DNA of 50,278 bases, counting the filler, from Bipalium vagum (taxonomy: Eukaryota): assembly GCA_037834085.1 (NCBI GenBank). It is 3 parts of 3 records of this genome, joined end to end, with 100 filler letters (N's around TTAATTAATTAA, not from the genome) between each part and the next. Parts side by side here need not be neighbours in the genome. Positions count along the whole stretch, not along the records: positions 33,098 to 50,278 come from JBBMKC010075377.1; 2 more parts are not named here. One strand, written 5' to 3'. This document shows, in pieces, positions 39,201-50,278 of this stretch; within the stretch, counting starts at the first letter, position 1; each line of letters starts with the position of its first letter. Under the pieces are notes generated by a model. It was given only the letters and a program-made list of their open reading frames with translations. It was not told where the DNA came from and ran no database searches. The position numbers were made by a program, and so were the translations under genes.

Positions 39201-39804
39201 ATATATTAATTACCGAATTAAAAATGGTAAGATTAAGCTTTTTTCATTTTGTCTTTATTTTTAATGTTACTTCAACATTCAAATAACAATTTTGAAATTC
39301 AAATGATTACCGAAAACTCCAAAAATTATATCAGCGGTTATTCTCAAAAATTAAACACTTTGATCCAAAGCCAGCAGATGAGCCCAAAGAGGTTCCAGAT
39401 AAACCACAGCACCATATGAGACAGATAACGGGTTTTGTAGGCCAGGATCGACTTTGCAAGCATTACTGACAATTAATGCTATTTTAAAATATTATATATT
39501 AAAAAATTTTAAAAATATTTTAATATTAGCCACCTATGCTTATCTGATTATATATCTTTTGTTAGGTTCTGCAATAATTCTGTGAAAAAATCAGGATAAC
39601 GAATAACAAAAATAAAATTTATTAAACATTAAACTAAAATTCCAAAAATGTGATCTAAAATAACGTTACAACTGATGATCAATAGTCCAGCCCTCTGAAT
39701 CTCCCTCATCATAAGATAACATTAACTGCTTTGCGATCACATTATTTAATCAACTTCTAGTAATATCCTACCAATATAATACTGATATTTATTTTTTGTA
39801 AAAG

Positions 39805-40700
39805 TTTTACTATTATACTCTATTAAAGTAACTTTCGCTCGTAATCAATAACTCCGCACTTACACTGTTGTGTCGGTAATTCTATTGTAGTTGCACAAAG
39901 TTAAACTCAATTTGAATCAAAAATCCTACAATAAAACTTTATCCGTACCCCAGTTGAAACAAAACAAATCACCGTAAAACTTTATTATCACTACGAAATC
40001 CCAATCTATACGCCAAAGATTCAAATGTCTGAAAACAATCACTGTAACAGAATCAATCCAATGTCTGCACTAGTCCACAAAATGAAATCGTCAAAAAAAA
40101 TTTGGATGAAAAGCAAAATTCAACACCAATACAATATTAGTAAAATGTAATATTCAATATTAGTTAAATGAAATGTATATGTGGCTTAAAACAAAATATT
40201 AAAGAACAATCACAAAAAGAATCAAAAATATTCTCACTGGGGACGACAAGGGGTCCCCAGGTCGTCCTCTAGGCCCTTTTCAGTCACCTAGGGATTCCCA
40301 AACTCACTGGGTCATCTTGTTAAACCTTCTTGCATATTTCATGAAATGAAAAGCATTACTGGAATATGAATCCGTCGGATAATCCTCTTCGTGGTCATAA
40401 TCTACTTCGTAGGAATATAACGTTTTCTTGGCAATAAATCCTCTCAATCTCAAAAATATTGAGTAAATCTTCTACTTCGAATACAAAACAATACTAAGAA
40501 TTTGCACTGATAATTTTTCTGGGCGAATTCCTGGGAATTATCGCTTCTTTATATAGTCGTAGGGATTAGTTTATGATCACCAATCCATACGCTTTGAGAC
40601 GGCTATTTCCTTCAATAGCCCATAAATCCTAACTTTTTTCTCTACATCAAGATAAAGGTAGGGAAAATTTTAAAATAATAATTTATTATCCCCGACGCGA
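39805..40700 (-). mobile_element. LTR-like dispersed repeat, copy A
   Basis: Collinear similarity to 43855-44550 (tactattatact…aagtaactt; tctcac…gacaagggg/ggtccc…ctctaggccc; gggaat…cttt.tata…gtagggatt…caatccat). Minus strand has TATATAAAG at about 40547-40555 and a downstream AATAAA at about 39981-39986. Boundaries approximate. Confidence 0.55.
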
Positions 40701-40750
40701 GATATATCTCCTAATTAAAATCTAAAATTTTATTTTTTAATTAATATTGT

Positions 40751-40950
40751 TATTATAATTATTATTATTATTATTATTATCAATCATCACGGTTTGTGCC
40801 TTTGGCAAACCAAACAGAACAAACCAAACATATATTTGTGGGAAGTTTTACTTTTACAGAAGACTTGATTCGTTGGTAAGGCTTATGAATCATAAGTTAT
40901 GATTTTTTCAGTTCAGACCAGTGGTGTTTGGTCGTCTCATTGATGATAAT
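40751..40950 (-). mobile_element. 3' end of a CR1/L2-like LINE with terminal hairpin and (AAT)n tail
   Basis: Minus strand ends ...GGTTTGCCAAAGGCACAAACC (hairpin, 40791-40811) followed by (AAT)n. Upstream decayed text TTKHHWSELKKS resembles the RxxxxWNxLP C-terminus of CR1 ORF2. Confidence 0.45.
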
Positions 40951-41372
40951 TAATTAAACTTAAAAAATAAGTTTTAAAATTATTTCTTTGTAATTTTTGA
41001 AATTTAATAAATATTTGATTTACATAATGATGAGCCAAAAATTCTATTACCCAAAAAAGGACAGCAAGAAAATGTTTTTGTAAAAAAATACTATAAATTA
41101 TTGAAAATCTACTTATAGTTCTTATGACTCAAACAATAAACCCTGGTACTTAAATAAATTATTTAGCATATTTTGTAAAATTATAAACCTTATTCTTAAG
41201 ACTGCTGTTAAATCTGAGGATTGGTAAATTTTTTTGGAGATTAAAATCTTTTAATTATTGAGATCTATTAAAATAAATATTAAAAACAATGTAAGTAAGA
41301 AATTTGCTCATTTTAACGGAGAAAGAATAACTGACGAAACATACTTTTATCTTTTATTGATTTTTAAATATC

Positions 41373-41468
41373 AATTAATTTATATTTAATGATTAATTAA
41401 TTTATATTTAATGATTAATTAATTTATATTTAATGATTAATTAATTTATATTTAATGATTAATTAATT
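41373..41468. repeat. Minisatellite: 4 perfect copies plus 8 nt of a 22-bp unit
   Basis: Unit aattaatttatatttaatgatt at 41373, 41395, 41417 and 41439, partial at 41461. Confidence 0.95.
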
Positions 41469-41622
41469 ATTTCCGAAATGGTTTACATGTAAGTCTGATA
41501 GTTGCCAAATTGAAGTTGACTCCCACGATTTATTATATAGAAGTATGCAGTCCAATGACAAATGAGAATTCAAGAACGTCATTAGATAAAATAGTTTGCG
41601 TTAAGGTTTTGTTTATATTAAA

Positions 41623-42190
41623 ATGTTTAGGAATTTAAATAACAGCTTGAACCTTATTTCGTTAAGAACGCTTTGCTCTTATCTAAAAAGTACCGATCTT
41701 TTATTGTCTAATTGCGTTTTCGATATATAGATTTTCAGCCAGACTTTACACTGACAAACACGATTGGATTGTTGCTGAAAATAATGTGGGAACTGTTGGA
41801 ATTTCCAATTATGCTCAGGAAAAACTTGGAGACATTGTTTATATCCAGTTGCCAGAAGTGGGCTCAAAAGTGTCACAAAATGGTGAAAAATGTTTTATTG
41901 ATTATTCAATTCTAAAAATTCTTAGACGAATGTGGAACTGTAGAGTCGGTCAAAGCTGCTAGTGAGATATTCAGTCCGGTTTCTGGAGAAATTACTGAAG
42001 TTAATAAGCGTTTAGAACAGGAATGTTCCTTGGTTAACAAAGACCCTTATTCCGAAGGTAATTTGAATCCATTTAGACTATATTTACTATAGTATTAGGT
42101 TGGGTTTTTAAGATAGCAATTTCTAAACCGGGTGAGCTCAAGTCTTTGATGGACGAGAAAGCATATAATAAATTTTTAGAAGTCAATTAA
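41623..42190 (+). CDS. GCSH: Glycine cleavage system H protein, mitochondrial (144 aa, 4 exons)
   Basis: Exons 41623-41689, 41739-41882, 41926-42057, 42099-42190 with GT-AG introns of 49, 43 and 41 nt. Translation [64 protein letters not shown]...[25 protein letters not shown]...[14 protein letters not shown]...[14 protein letters not shown]. The lipoyl-lysine motif ESVKAASE is intact and the N-terminus is an acid-free, Arg-containing presequence-like segment. Confidence 0.97.
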
Positions 42191-42492
42191 GATCTTAAAA
42201 TTAATGATTAGTCGAAAAATTGTCATACATTAAAAATTACCTTTGCTTTTTTTATTGTATTATATATTTATATTATATTAATTTATTAATGTATCAGAAT
42301 CAGTCTGTATATCATAATTGCTATTAATAATATTTATAAAAATACTTTAAGAAAGCTGATAATTAAATTTTAATTATTAAATTATATATTAATTATTAAG
42401 TTATATCTTAAATTTAACTTATAAATTATTAATTTAAGTTACTTAGAAAGTTTTGAAAAAATTACGGAGATGATACAGGATTTGTAACGTCA

Positions 42493-42650
42493 TTTTTTTT
42501 CCCTTTTCCTTTTTCCTTTTTCCTTTTGAGAACTCGTCCACTGGTTGGTGTCCTGGTGTGGTCGCCATGTTAGGTTCACATAAATTGGAGACACCGGGAT
42601 TCGAACCCGGGACCTTTCACATGCGCATGGACTGCTCTACCGCTGAATTA
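42493..42650 (-). mobile_element. tRNA-Ala-derived element (SINE-like), copy 2, with body and purine-repeat tail
   Basis: Minus strand reads taattcagcggtagagcagtccatgcgcatgtgaaaggtcccgggttcgaatcccggtgtctcca (intact B box, CGC at the anticodon position, unpaired anticodon stem, 5' acceptor strand missing), then an approximately 58-nt body and an (AAAAAGG)n/A8 tail. Confidence 0.8.
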
Positions 42651-42974
42651 TCAAAACACATTTTACATTTCGAAACAGAAACAACTAGATTTAGAAACAA
42701 TTAGAAATAATAATAGGGAATATCAAAATGTGTATAAATTGTCAGATATGGATGGTTAGTGTTTAGGTCAGTCATCTCATTGTTGGCTTGGATTGATAGA
42801 GGATAGATTGATTCCATATGACTTGCATCCAGAATACATATAGTTCTGAATCTAAATCACGAAATGCAAGCGAAAAAATCAGTAAAAGTTATTGTGTCCT
42901 TTAAAGTAAATTTTTTATAAACCGTGTAAGCATTTGCGCCGTTTTCAATTTTGGTGAGTAAAGACGACAATTTA

Positions 42975-43392
42975 TAATGATTAAAATGGAGTTTAAAAAT
43001 TCTAACAATTCCTAAATCCATAGGCTGAAGAATGTCAGTAGTGTTTTTAGGTAGAAATCAGACTTCAATATATGTTAGCTCATATTTTAATGTATGAGCG
43101 GGGCAATTACCGATAATCAATTATAACTTTCTTCCTTTTATCTTTAATTTCTCATCAAAACCAGATAGTCATTTATTAAAGATTTCAGTTGTCATCTATG
43201 CTCTTTTTGATGATTTATATTCTACAAATACTTTTTGAAGAACTTAATTTATAGAATATATCGGTTTTATCAAGATTATAGATATTATCCTCGTCGTATT
43301 CATCCAACTTTTCTTTAAAACATACAAAAAATCACGAATATTGATATATTCATTAGTTTTCATTTCACCATGGAGTTTTCTTAGTTGGTATT
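42975..43392 (-). mobile_element. pogo/Tigger transposase fragment (DDE_1 domain)
   Basis: Minus-strand frames absent from the ORF track: QLRKLHGE, EYDEDNIYNLDKTDIFYK, A*MTTEIFNK*LSGFDEKL, IIGNCPAH and FLPKNTTDILQPMDLGIVRIFK. These are the Tigger motifs NxDETG, AWMT, DNCPAH and FLPPNTTSxLQPMDQG. Confidence 0.9.
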
Positions 43393-43854
43393 GTTTGATT
43401 TACCCAAGACACGTGCCAGTAGGAAATCTTGAGAAGGGTCATGGAAAGGGTCCATATAATAAATAATAATAGTCACGAAAATAATAATTAAAAAGGTAAT
43501 TAATGATAAAAAGGCAATAAAAGAAATAGAGAAAAGTATAAAAGATTTTTATTTTAGAATTACTTAAAATATAAGAACAGTCCTTAGAAAGTAATTTTAT
43601 TTTGTAAGGAGATATTTAAAAATAATAAAAGTAATTTTAAAAAGAAGATAAAAGGACCTTTAAAGACATTTTTAGATTTTTGAGATTATTTCAAGAATAA
43701 TATTCAAATGAAGATCAACGTCAGAAAAAAAATAAAAAGAGAAGGATTTCTCCATAATTTCGCCCAACAAAAAGCATTCAAAAAATCAAATTATTGTTAT
43801 TAAATTTGGAAATTTGGTAGTGTACAAGAAAGATTATTGCTTATTTTGAAGATT

Positions 43855-44550
43855 TGTTACTATTATACTGTGTCGAAGTAACTTATGCTCTCACCAGTAA
43901 CTCTTCACTTTCCTAATGTTGTGTTTGTTATCCGGTTATACTCAACTTGAATCAAAACTGAATCAAAACACTCAGGATAAAAGTTTATTGAAAACCCACT
44001 CACTGCTCGATATAACAACAAAAATTCACTCCGTAAATCACCCCAATAAATAAAAATAATAAGTCCGAAAATAAAAATGTCAAATGATAGTCACACCAAA
44101 ATAATGATAAAATTTCAGTCACTTATTATAAAGAGAGGAATGAAAGAGATAGTCACTACATATGAAGTTCAGAAAGTAACAAAAAGAAAAATAAAATTGA
44201 GCGATCTCACCAGGAGTGACAAGGGTCCCTGGTGGCCCTCTAGGCCCTTCACAGGTCGCCTAAAGGCTCCCAAGCTCGCAAGGTCTACTTGTTCAAACCT
44301 GGAATAAGAAATTGGGAATTCGGTCCTCTTTGAGTCGTCCTCGGAGTTAAAATCGTTGAATATCGTCCTTGAATCATTTGAATATCGTTGTTTTTGAGCA
44401 AATTGATGGGAATAACCGTCTCTTTGTATACCAGTAGGGATTGGGCTACAATCATCAATCCATCAACAGCCTCTTAAAAAAAGCCGAGATAAAAAAATTA
44501 ATAACTCCCACAACAGAGTTCAATTCCCAATCCACAGCCTCGACGCCGAG
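43855..44550 (-). mobile_element. LTR-like dispersed repeat, copy B
   Basis: Collinear similarity with 39805-40700 in the same orientation. TG-starting candidate termini (tgttac 43855, tgtcga 43871) and tcgacg near 44545. No clear TSD. Confidence 0.55.
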
Positions 44551-45199
44551 GCTGATTCCTATCTTTTATTATTATTATTATCCTCATTTCTTTCCCAATT
44601 AAAGTTGGATCTTATCTCTATTGTTATGATTATTACCATTATTATTATTGTTACATTTATTAATATTAATAATAATATTATTATTATTATTAAAGACTAG
44701 TCTTACAGGAAGAATAGAAGATTTTTTATTATCGAGAAGATTAATTATCGTTTAAGGAAGATAATTTATTATAGAGAAGAATATTTAGCAATATTGCTCC
44801 AGAGCTCCCAACATTTTCTTTTGAAGAATTCAAAGTACATATTTCGTTAATATATTTGAGATTATGTTTAAGTTTCCCACCAGAGAGCTATCTCTGAGCA
44901 ACTGTAAAGGATCAGCAGATAGTTCTGGAAGCATAAACGAAACCACCCCGTAATATCGTTTTATTTTTATTTTGATCTTAATCATTTTGTTTTAATATTA
45001 ATTATTATACAAGTTTGATTATTGATTTCATTAAGTATTTATTTTGTTTAATTAATTCGATTTTTATTGAACATTTTGTTTTTGATTAAGACCTAAGACA
45101 CTTTCAGATATCATTGTGATTCCCTTTTTGTTGAGCTTGACGATTTTTGCAGTTGTTATTTTGCACCACATAAGAGTTGGAGTTAGGTTTAAATTTGAT

Positions 45200-45417
45200 A
45201 CTCTAAATATTGAATAGTATCCATTTCGCTTCTTAAATTTAGCTAACAAACCGAACGAGTTCAAGGCTTGTAATTCAAACTTCAATCAAGATCATTCAAA
45301 TTCCATTTTGTCAATACAAGATTTCATTATAATTTCCAAATTTTGTTAATAAATTTCTAATTTTCTATGTAACGATACATGCTTGGTTTCTGAAAATGTT
45401 AAATTGTGATTCGACTG
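45200..45417 (-). mobile_element. pogo/Tigger 5' end (TIR plus CENP-B-type HTH remnant)
   Basis: TA|CAGTCGAATCAC terminus on the minus strand (45417, TA at 45418-45419). ORF 45064-45285 contains NSFGLLAKFKKRNG, similar to the ASxGWLxKFKKRxG motif. Confidence 0.65.
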
Positions 45418-45724
45418 TATTAATATTTTAAACTATAAATTAATTAATATAAAATAATTGAGATAATCAAATTGTCAATGAAAATAATTAAACCCATAAA
45501 ACTATATTATTAGGGATCTGTTCTAAAATTGTTATTTGTTAAATTAATCATTTATAATTTTAAAATTTAGAGTATTTAATGTGATAGATATTATTTATTA
45601 ATACCCAAAAAGGGCCTTTTAATTTCTCAATTATTAAAATTCTTCATAATATTTATATACAATCTTATCCTATTTTATCTCAAAAAAATTATTAAAATGG
45701 CAAAGACATAGACGGGATTTATAT

Positions 45725-47410
45725 TCACTGCTTAAATTTATAAAATCTCAAAGAACCATCCCCATATGATTTGGCCAGTAAAGTTCCATCCTGACTCCAG
45801 TCACAGCAAAAAACGGACTCGTAAAACTTCGACACGACCATGGTTGGAGCTTTCAAATTTCTCACGTCCCAAAGTTTCGTCGTTCCCTTTCTGCCCGTCG
45901 AAACAAAGACATTAGAATTGACCTTGGACCATTTGACTCCCGTAATGCAGTTATCGTGTGCCCGGAAAATGTTGTGAACCTCCGCATCTGTGAAAGGAAA
46001 AAATTTGATCAAAAGATTTTTGTAACGGGACAATTCTTACGTGACGCTCGCAAATCGAAAGCTCTCAGTCGATTGTCAGAACTTCCCGTCATCACCATCT
46101 GATTGGCCCAATTTGTATCCATCACTCGCAAACAATTGTTTGCTCTTACTTCTCGCACCAGCGACGATCCCTGACCGTCAACATGCCACAATTTTAGATA
46201 AAAATCGTCACCACATGTAAGCAAATCCCCGCATTTGCTTCCGGTACCAGAATCTGATACGCTATTAGAAAGATCGAGAGCAGAGTCCAGCCAATTGATG
46301 TCACAAATTTCGGACTTATGTGCACTAATTGTTACCAAAGGTATCTTTTTGGATAGAATAAAAATACGGTTCAGTACTTAAACGATGAGCGTTGAAAAAG
46401 TTATTTACCCGTGTAGGAACCTTGTTTTTGCTTTTGGATAGATGGGGTATGCCGCCGGTTTCGTCACTGAGATTCGATATTTGTTGGCCTGTTTGTAATC
46501 GTGAGAAAAAAACCACTTCAATAAAAGTTACTGGAAGACCAAAGCTTTAACTGCCCATCCTCACTCCCACTGGCGACCAATCGTTTCTCATCAGAAACTC
46601 TGAGGCAAGTGATGCTTTGCAAGTGTCCCTTGTAATCGAACAGTTGTGTTACACTGCCATCAACAAGATTACAATCCCACATTGACAATTTTCCCCATTC
46701 ACCACCAGTAATTAAAATTCCCCTGTTATTTTTTTCATCTAATAAGCCAATAAAAGTTCAGTAGAATCAATAATAAATCACCAATCGATATCCAGTCAAC
46801 TTTGAAAACGGCTGTGTCCATTGGAATGAATACAACTGGTTTTTCAGGAGCTCCTGATTCAAATATCTGCAAATCACATGAAGCTGCAGCAATCCTTCAT
46901 TAAAAGCAAATATAAAATAGTTCACAAACAGTTTCTCAAATTACCATTTTGATTTAAACCTTAAGTCTGTTACAGATTGTTCGGTCTTTGTTTCGTTCTC
47001 AAAAGTTGGTGGCTCAAATTCAACATCATACATAATTTCTTCTATTTCCTAATATTATAGTTTCAATTTTCATTTTTAACCTAAAATACTTCAGATATCC
47101 CTTTCTCCTCTATAAATTTCGATAATGGTGTTTTTAGTTGTTCGCCATTGATGAAAAAATTAAAATTCACTTCAGAGGTATCGATATCATTATCTAGTGA
47201 TATTGAATTAAAAAGATTAATAACAGTTAATTTTATTTTATTACCATTTAAAAGTTTTTTAATAATTTTATTTAATCTGTTAGGCCCATAACTCACAGGA
47301 AAAGCTAAAGATGCTGATTGAATAGAATATCTGAATTGTAAAATGAGATTTACTAAAAATATATTTAATGTTAACTTTTTAATTGCTGTATAAAATCGTG
47401 ACTTTGGCAT
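45725..47410 (-). CDS. WDR12: Ribosome biogenesis protein WDR12/Ytm1 (N-terminal NLE/ubiquitin-like domain plus WD40 propeller), 431 aa, 9 exons
   Basis: Minus-strand exons 47410-47376, 47330-47245, 47193-47090, 47048-46945, 46894-46782, 46738-46532, 46488-46409, 46344-46041, 45987-45725 total 1296 nt in one frame, with GT-AG introns of 45, 51, 41, 50, 43, 43, 64 and 53 nt. NLE-domain text RFYT..KYSI...LNKIIKKLL...FNFFINGEQLKTPL...GISEE, WD repeats (GHLQSITCL...VASGSEDGQLKLW), the WDR12-typical PTRIPLVTISAHK, TGSSDNRLRAFDLR and KLWDVRNLKAP. Confidence 0.9.
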
Positions 47411-50202
47411 TTTAAGTAAAATATGCCTTGTATTATTTAAACAATGTTATTTTTATACAATTAATTATTTCTTAAAATTAAATTTTGGTAAATTTAAAAA
47501 TAATTACTTATTCAGTTTAACCTTTTCTATATTCATTTTTTAATACTAAACTTTATTCTCATAAATTTTTATGCTAAATGAATAAAAACTTAAGTTTCAG
47601 GTTTGGAAAAATTAAATTAGGTTATCTATTTAATTCAAAATATTTCAACAGGAACTTTAATTTTTCATATACAATGCAACCTATATTTAACTGAATATCT
47701 TTTAGATTCGAAAAAGTCTTTGTTCGGTTGGCATACCTCTTCAGAAATTAAATTATAAAAGAAACTAAAAGGTAATTTTAAGTTTAAAATACATTTAAAC
47801 ATTTAGATGTTATATAACAATTTTTATTACTGGAAAAATGGATTTTGGTGAAAATAAAAATAAAAATAAAATAATATAATAATAAATAAGATAATAAAAT
47901 TTTATTTTATTCTTTTTCTGTCTGATTAGATAGATTTTTATATGCAGGTCTTCTATAATTACCATAATAATAATCACGATCAGTTACTTTTTATTCTTTC
48001 TTTCGCCTTAAAAGGATTCATTAAGAGAGTAATCATTTCTGCCTTAACGGTTTTTTTTAATATTAATTTTTTATCAGATAGCTGAGCAAATATTTATTTT
48101 TGTTGTTGACGGTATTGTAGGTACAAGTCTTTACTAGTTCACCTGATCTACGCTGAGCTTGCTGTGGGCCCATCTAAAGAGGTCGTTATCTCACCCTCTA
48201 ATGAAAACACAAAAACAGCTACTCTAAAATGTATTAAATAAAATTAGGGTAAGACCCTTTTTAGTTAGAACAAACAAACTGCAACAATCGGCAGTCACAC
48301 TAAATCAACAAGCTGCTCAGGCAGTCTAAAACAACATACTCCTTAATTAAAAATCTGTGCTTAGGGAAAATCCTAATCAGCAAGAAAAAATTATCAATAA
48401 AAAACATACCAAGTTTTCCTGATAATTTTCTGGGCGAAAAATAATGAATTTTCGCTGGCTTACTATTGAATTATTTGAAGTATTATTATGAAGCTATAAT
48501 TAACTATCGACGAATTTATAAAGATGAGAAGTAAGAGAACACAAAATAGTTGAAAAAACTGTTGTTTCTTTTGATTATTGATTAATTTTCTTGAAAATGT
48601 TATTATTATTATTATTATTTTGCATACAGAATAACTAGTAAAAATGGTAACCGGTTTTAAGGACAATACTCCAAACTATTTTTTATAATTATATTTTTAA
48701 TTATTTAAAAAATATAAATCAAAATTTATATGGAAAACTTGTTACCAATACATTTTTAACTTCCAACAAATTCTTTCATGTACTATTTTAAATTAATTTT
48801 TGACTGTCCTAAATTAACTAAAAATTCTGGATGATTAAAAATAAATCATAATTTAATCAATTTTTAAAACTATTTATTTTTTAAAACTTAACAAAAGAAG
48901 AAATAAAGAAAAATAAATAAATGTTAAAAAGTACTCAATATCAATCCAAAGTCCACTCAACCCAACCCAAAGCCCAAAATCAATTACCAATCTATCAATT
49001 TCAATTATATTTGATTTTATTTTACTTTATGAAAAACTGACAATGATTATATTTGATTTTATTTTATGATTATATCAAACACAATGATTTTATTTTGTCG
49101 TGATTTTATTAAAAACTAAAAACAACGATTTCATTTTTTCATGATTTTATTGATAATTATTAATTTTTTATAATAAATAAAAAAAAATAATAACAAAAAG
49201 GAATCTATTCATATCATTGTTTTACAGATTAAAAAATTGAAAGAACAGAAGCATTTATTCTATTTTCAATAAATAAAATATTTCAAAGAACGAATATGAC
49301 AGATATAAAACAGTATATTTTGATTTTTGTGAAAATTATTGATTTTTCACATTCTTATATTTGAAACAAGATGTAAAGTTATTAACATTTTTTTTGGTAT
49401 CTTTTTGGTATCAACTTCTATAAGATTAATAGTAAAAATTTTCAAATGTTATTGAATGTTAATTTTTAATTCTATTTTCAATTCACACTAGTATTTTGGA
49501 AATTTTCATGTACATTTATAAAAAAATTATTTTAAATAATTTTTAAATAATTTCTTTACATTCTTGTACTGTTTTTCCTCTATTTCAGCATTAGTTGAAA
49601 TTTTATTTGTAATTGCTTTCATTTGAAAATTATAAAGTTTATTAATTCTATTTTCTATAGACTGAACGCTTTTCCTTTTAGATGTTAGTTTTTTAAAAAA
49701 TAGTTTTAGAAATAATAGAATTTATTATTGTTTAATACTACAGTATCAATAGCAATGTCAGCTAGTAAATCAACTCCTGAAGTTAAGACTTTTTATAAAG
49801 CTGCTGTCTCAGTTCCATCAACTTATGTTATAATATTAGTTCTTAATTTTAAATAAGAAAAAAATTTTGTATTTTTAATTTTTATGTATTAATAAATCTT
49901 CTAAAAAAAATTCTATTCACAATCTTTTTAATTTGTAATTTCTCTAATTGTTTAACAGTTGAATTTGAAAATCTTTCAGTTTTCAATTTTTGAAAAGTAA
50001 GATAAATAGGAGCAGTTGGTTAAAATGTTCTTCCATTTTTATAGAAAAATATGAAATTAGAAACATTAATATTTAATCTGGTAGTGTATATTTGGATAAT
50101 ATTTTTTCATAAAGTGTTCAATTTCTTTCATTTCAGCTTCATTTATAAAAATTTTCATTATTAAAATTTCATAATGATTCAATTTCAATTTTATTATTCC
50201 CC

Positions 50203-50278
50203 TTAACCCTTTCGCTGCTCCACACGTATATATTCGCAAAAAAAACTTGTGTATCATACGCTCCCGACGAATATTTTC
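50203..50278 (+). mobile_element. Probable piggyBac-type element terminus running off the window
   Basis: TTAA followed by CCCTTT (TTAA|CCCTTTCGCTGC), with an abrupt rise in GC content. Only one end is visible. Confidence 0.4.

Noticed and set aside
39370-39405. Hammerhead-ribozyme-like cagatgagcccaaagagg
   Set aside because: The CUGAUGA core is imperfect, and there is no GAAA after stem II and no supporting stems I or III.
40860-40950. Apparent plus-strand 16-nt exon, 36-nt intron and exon
   Set aside because: No upstream partner exons were found, and the region is better explained as the antisense of a LINE 3' end with hairpin and (AAT)n tail.
41373-41468. CRISPR-like array
   Set aside because: Head-to-tail repeats with no spacers, in a eukaryotic context with no cas genes.
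41679-41915. ORFs 41679-41876 (-) and 41712-41915 (+)
   Set aside because: Shadow frames overlapping GCSH exon 2.
42586-42650. Functional tRNA-Ala(CGC) gene
   Set aside because: The 5' acceptor strand is absent, the anticodon stem does not pair, and it is followed by a family-shared body and tail. It is treated as a tRNA-derived repeat.
49600-50200. Coding-looking AT-rich minus-strand stretch, including most of ORF 50066-50257
   Set aside because: Multiple stops and no recognisable motif, and the ORF start lies inside the probable piggyBac end. It cannot be assigned without a database search.

Overview
This is a very AT-rich eukaryotic scaffold segment, not prokaryotic: it has GT-AG spliceosomal introns, (AAT)n microsatellites and three N gaps, two of which carry an artificial TTAATTAATTAA spacer. 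An invertebrate animal such as a flatworm is plausible, but that is only inference. Two compact housekeeping genes can be spliced by eye into complete frames: glycine cleavage H protein GCSH (+, 41623-42190, 4 exons, 144 aa) and ribosome biogenesis factor WDR12/Ytm1 (-, 45725-47410, 9 exons, 431 aa). All their introns are 41-64 nt. A third gene, missed by the ORF track, appears as a chain of phase-compatible small exons over about 19 kb (+, 18108-37049). Its ATG is split by an intron, one of its splice donors has been hit by a Tc1 insertion, and its approximately 240-aa product has a helical pattern reminiscent of a very divergent Bak/Bcl-2-family protein (speculative). Most of the remaining sequence is decayed transposons: about 9 mariner relics, about 5 Tc1 relics, one DD37D-type element, pogo/Tigger, hAT/Buster, a nested MITE, CR1-like LINE 3' ends, two LTR-like repeats, a probable piggyBac end, and two copies of a tRNA-Ala-derived element. 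No CRISPR array, rRNA or intact transposase was found.
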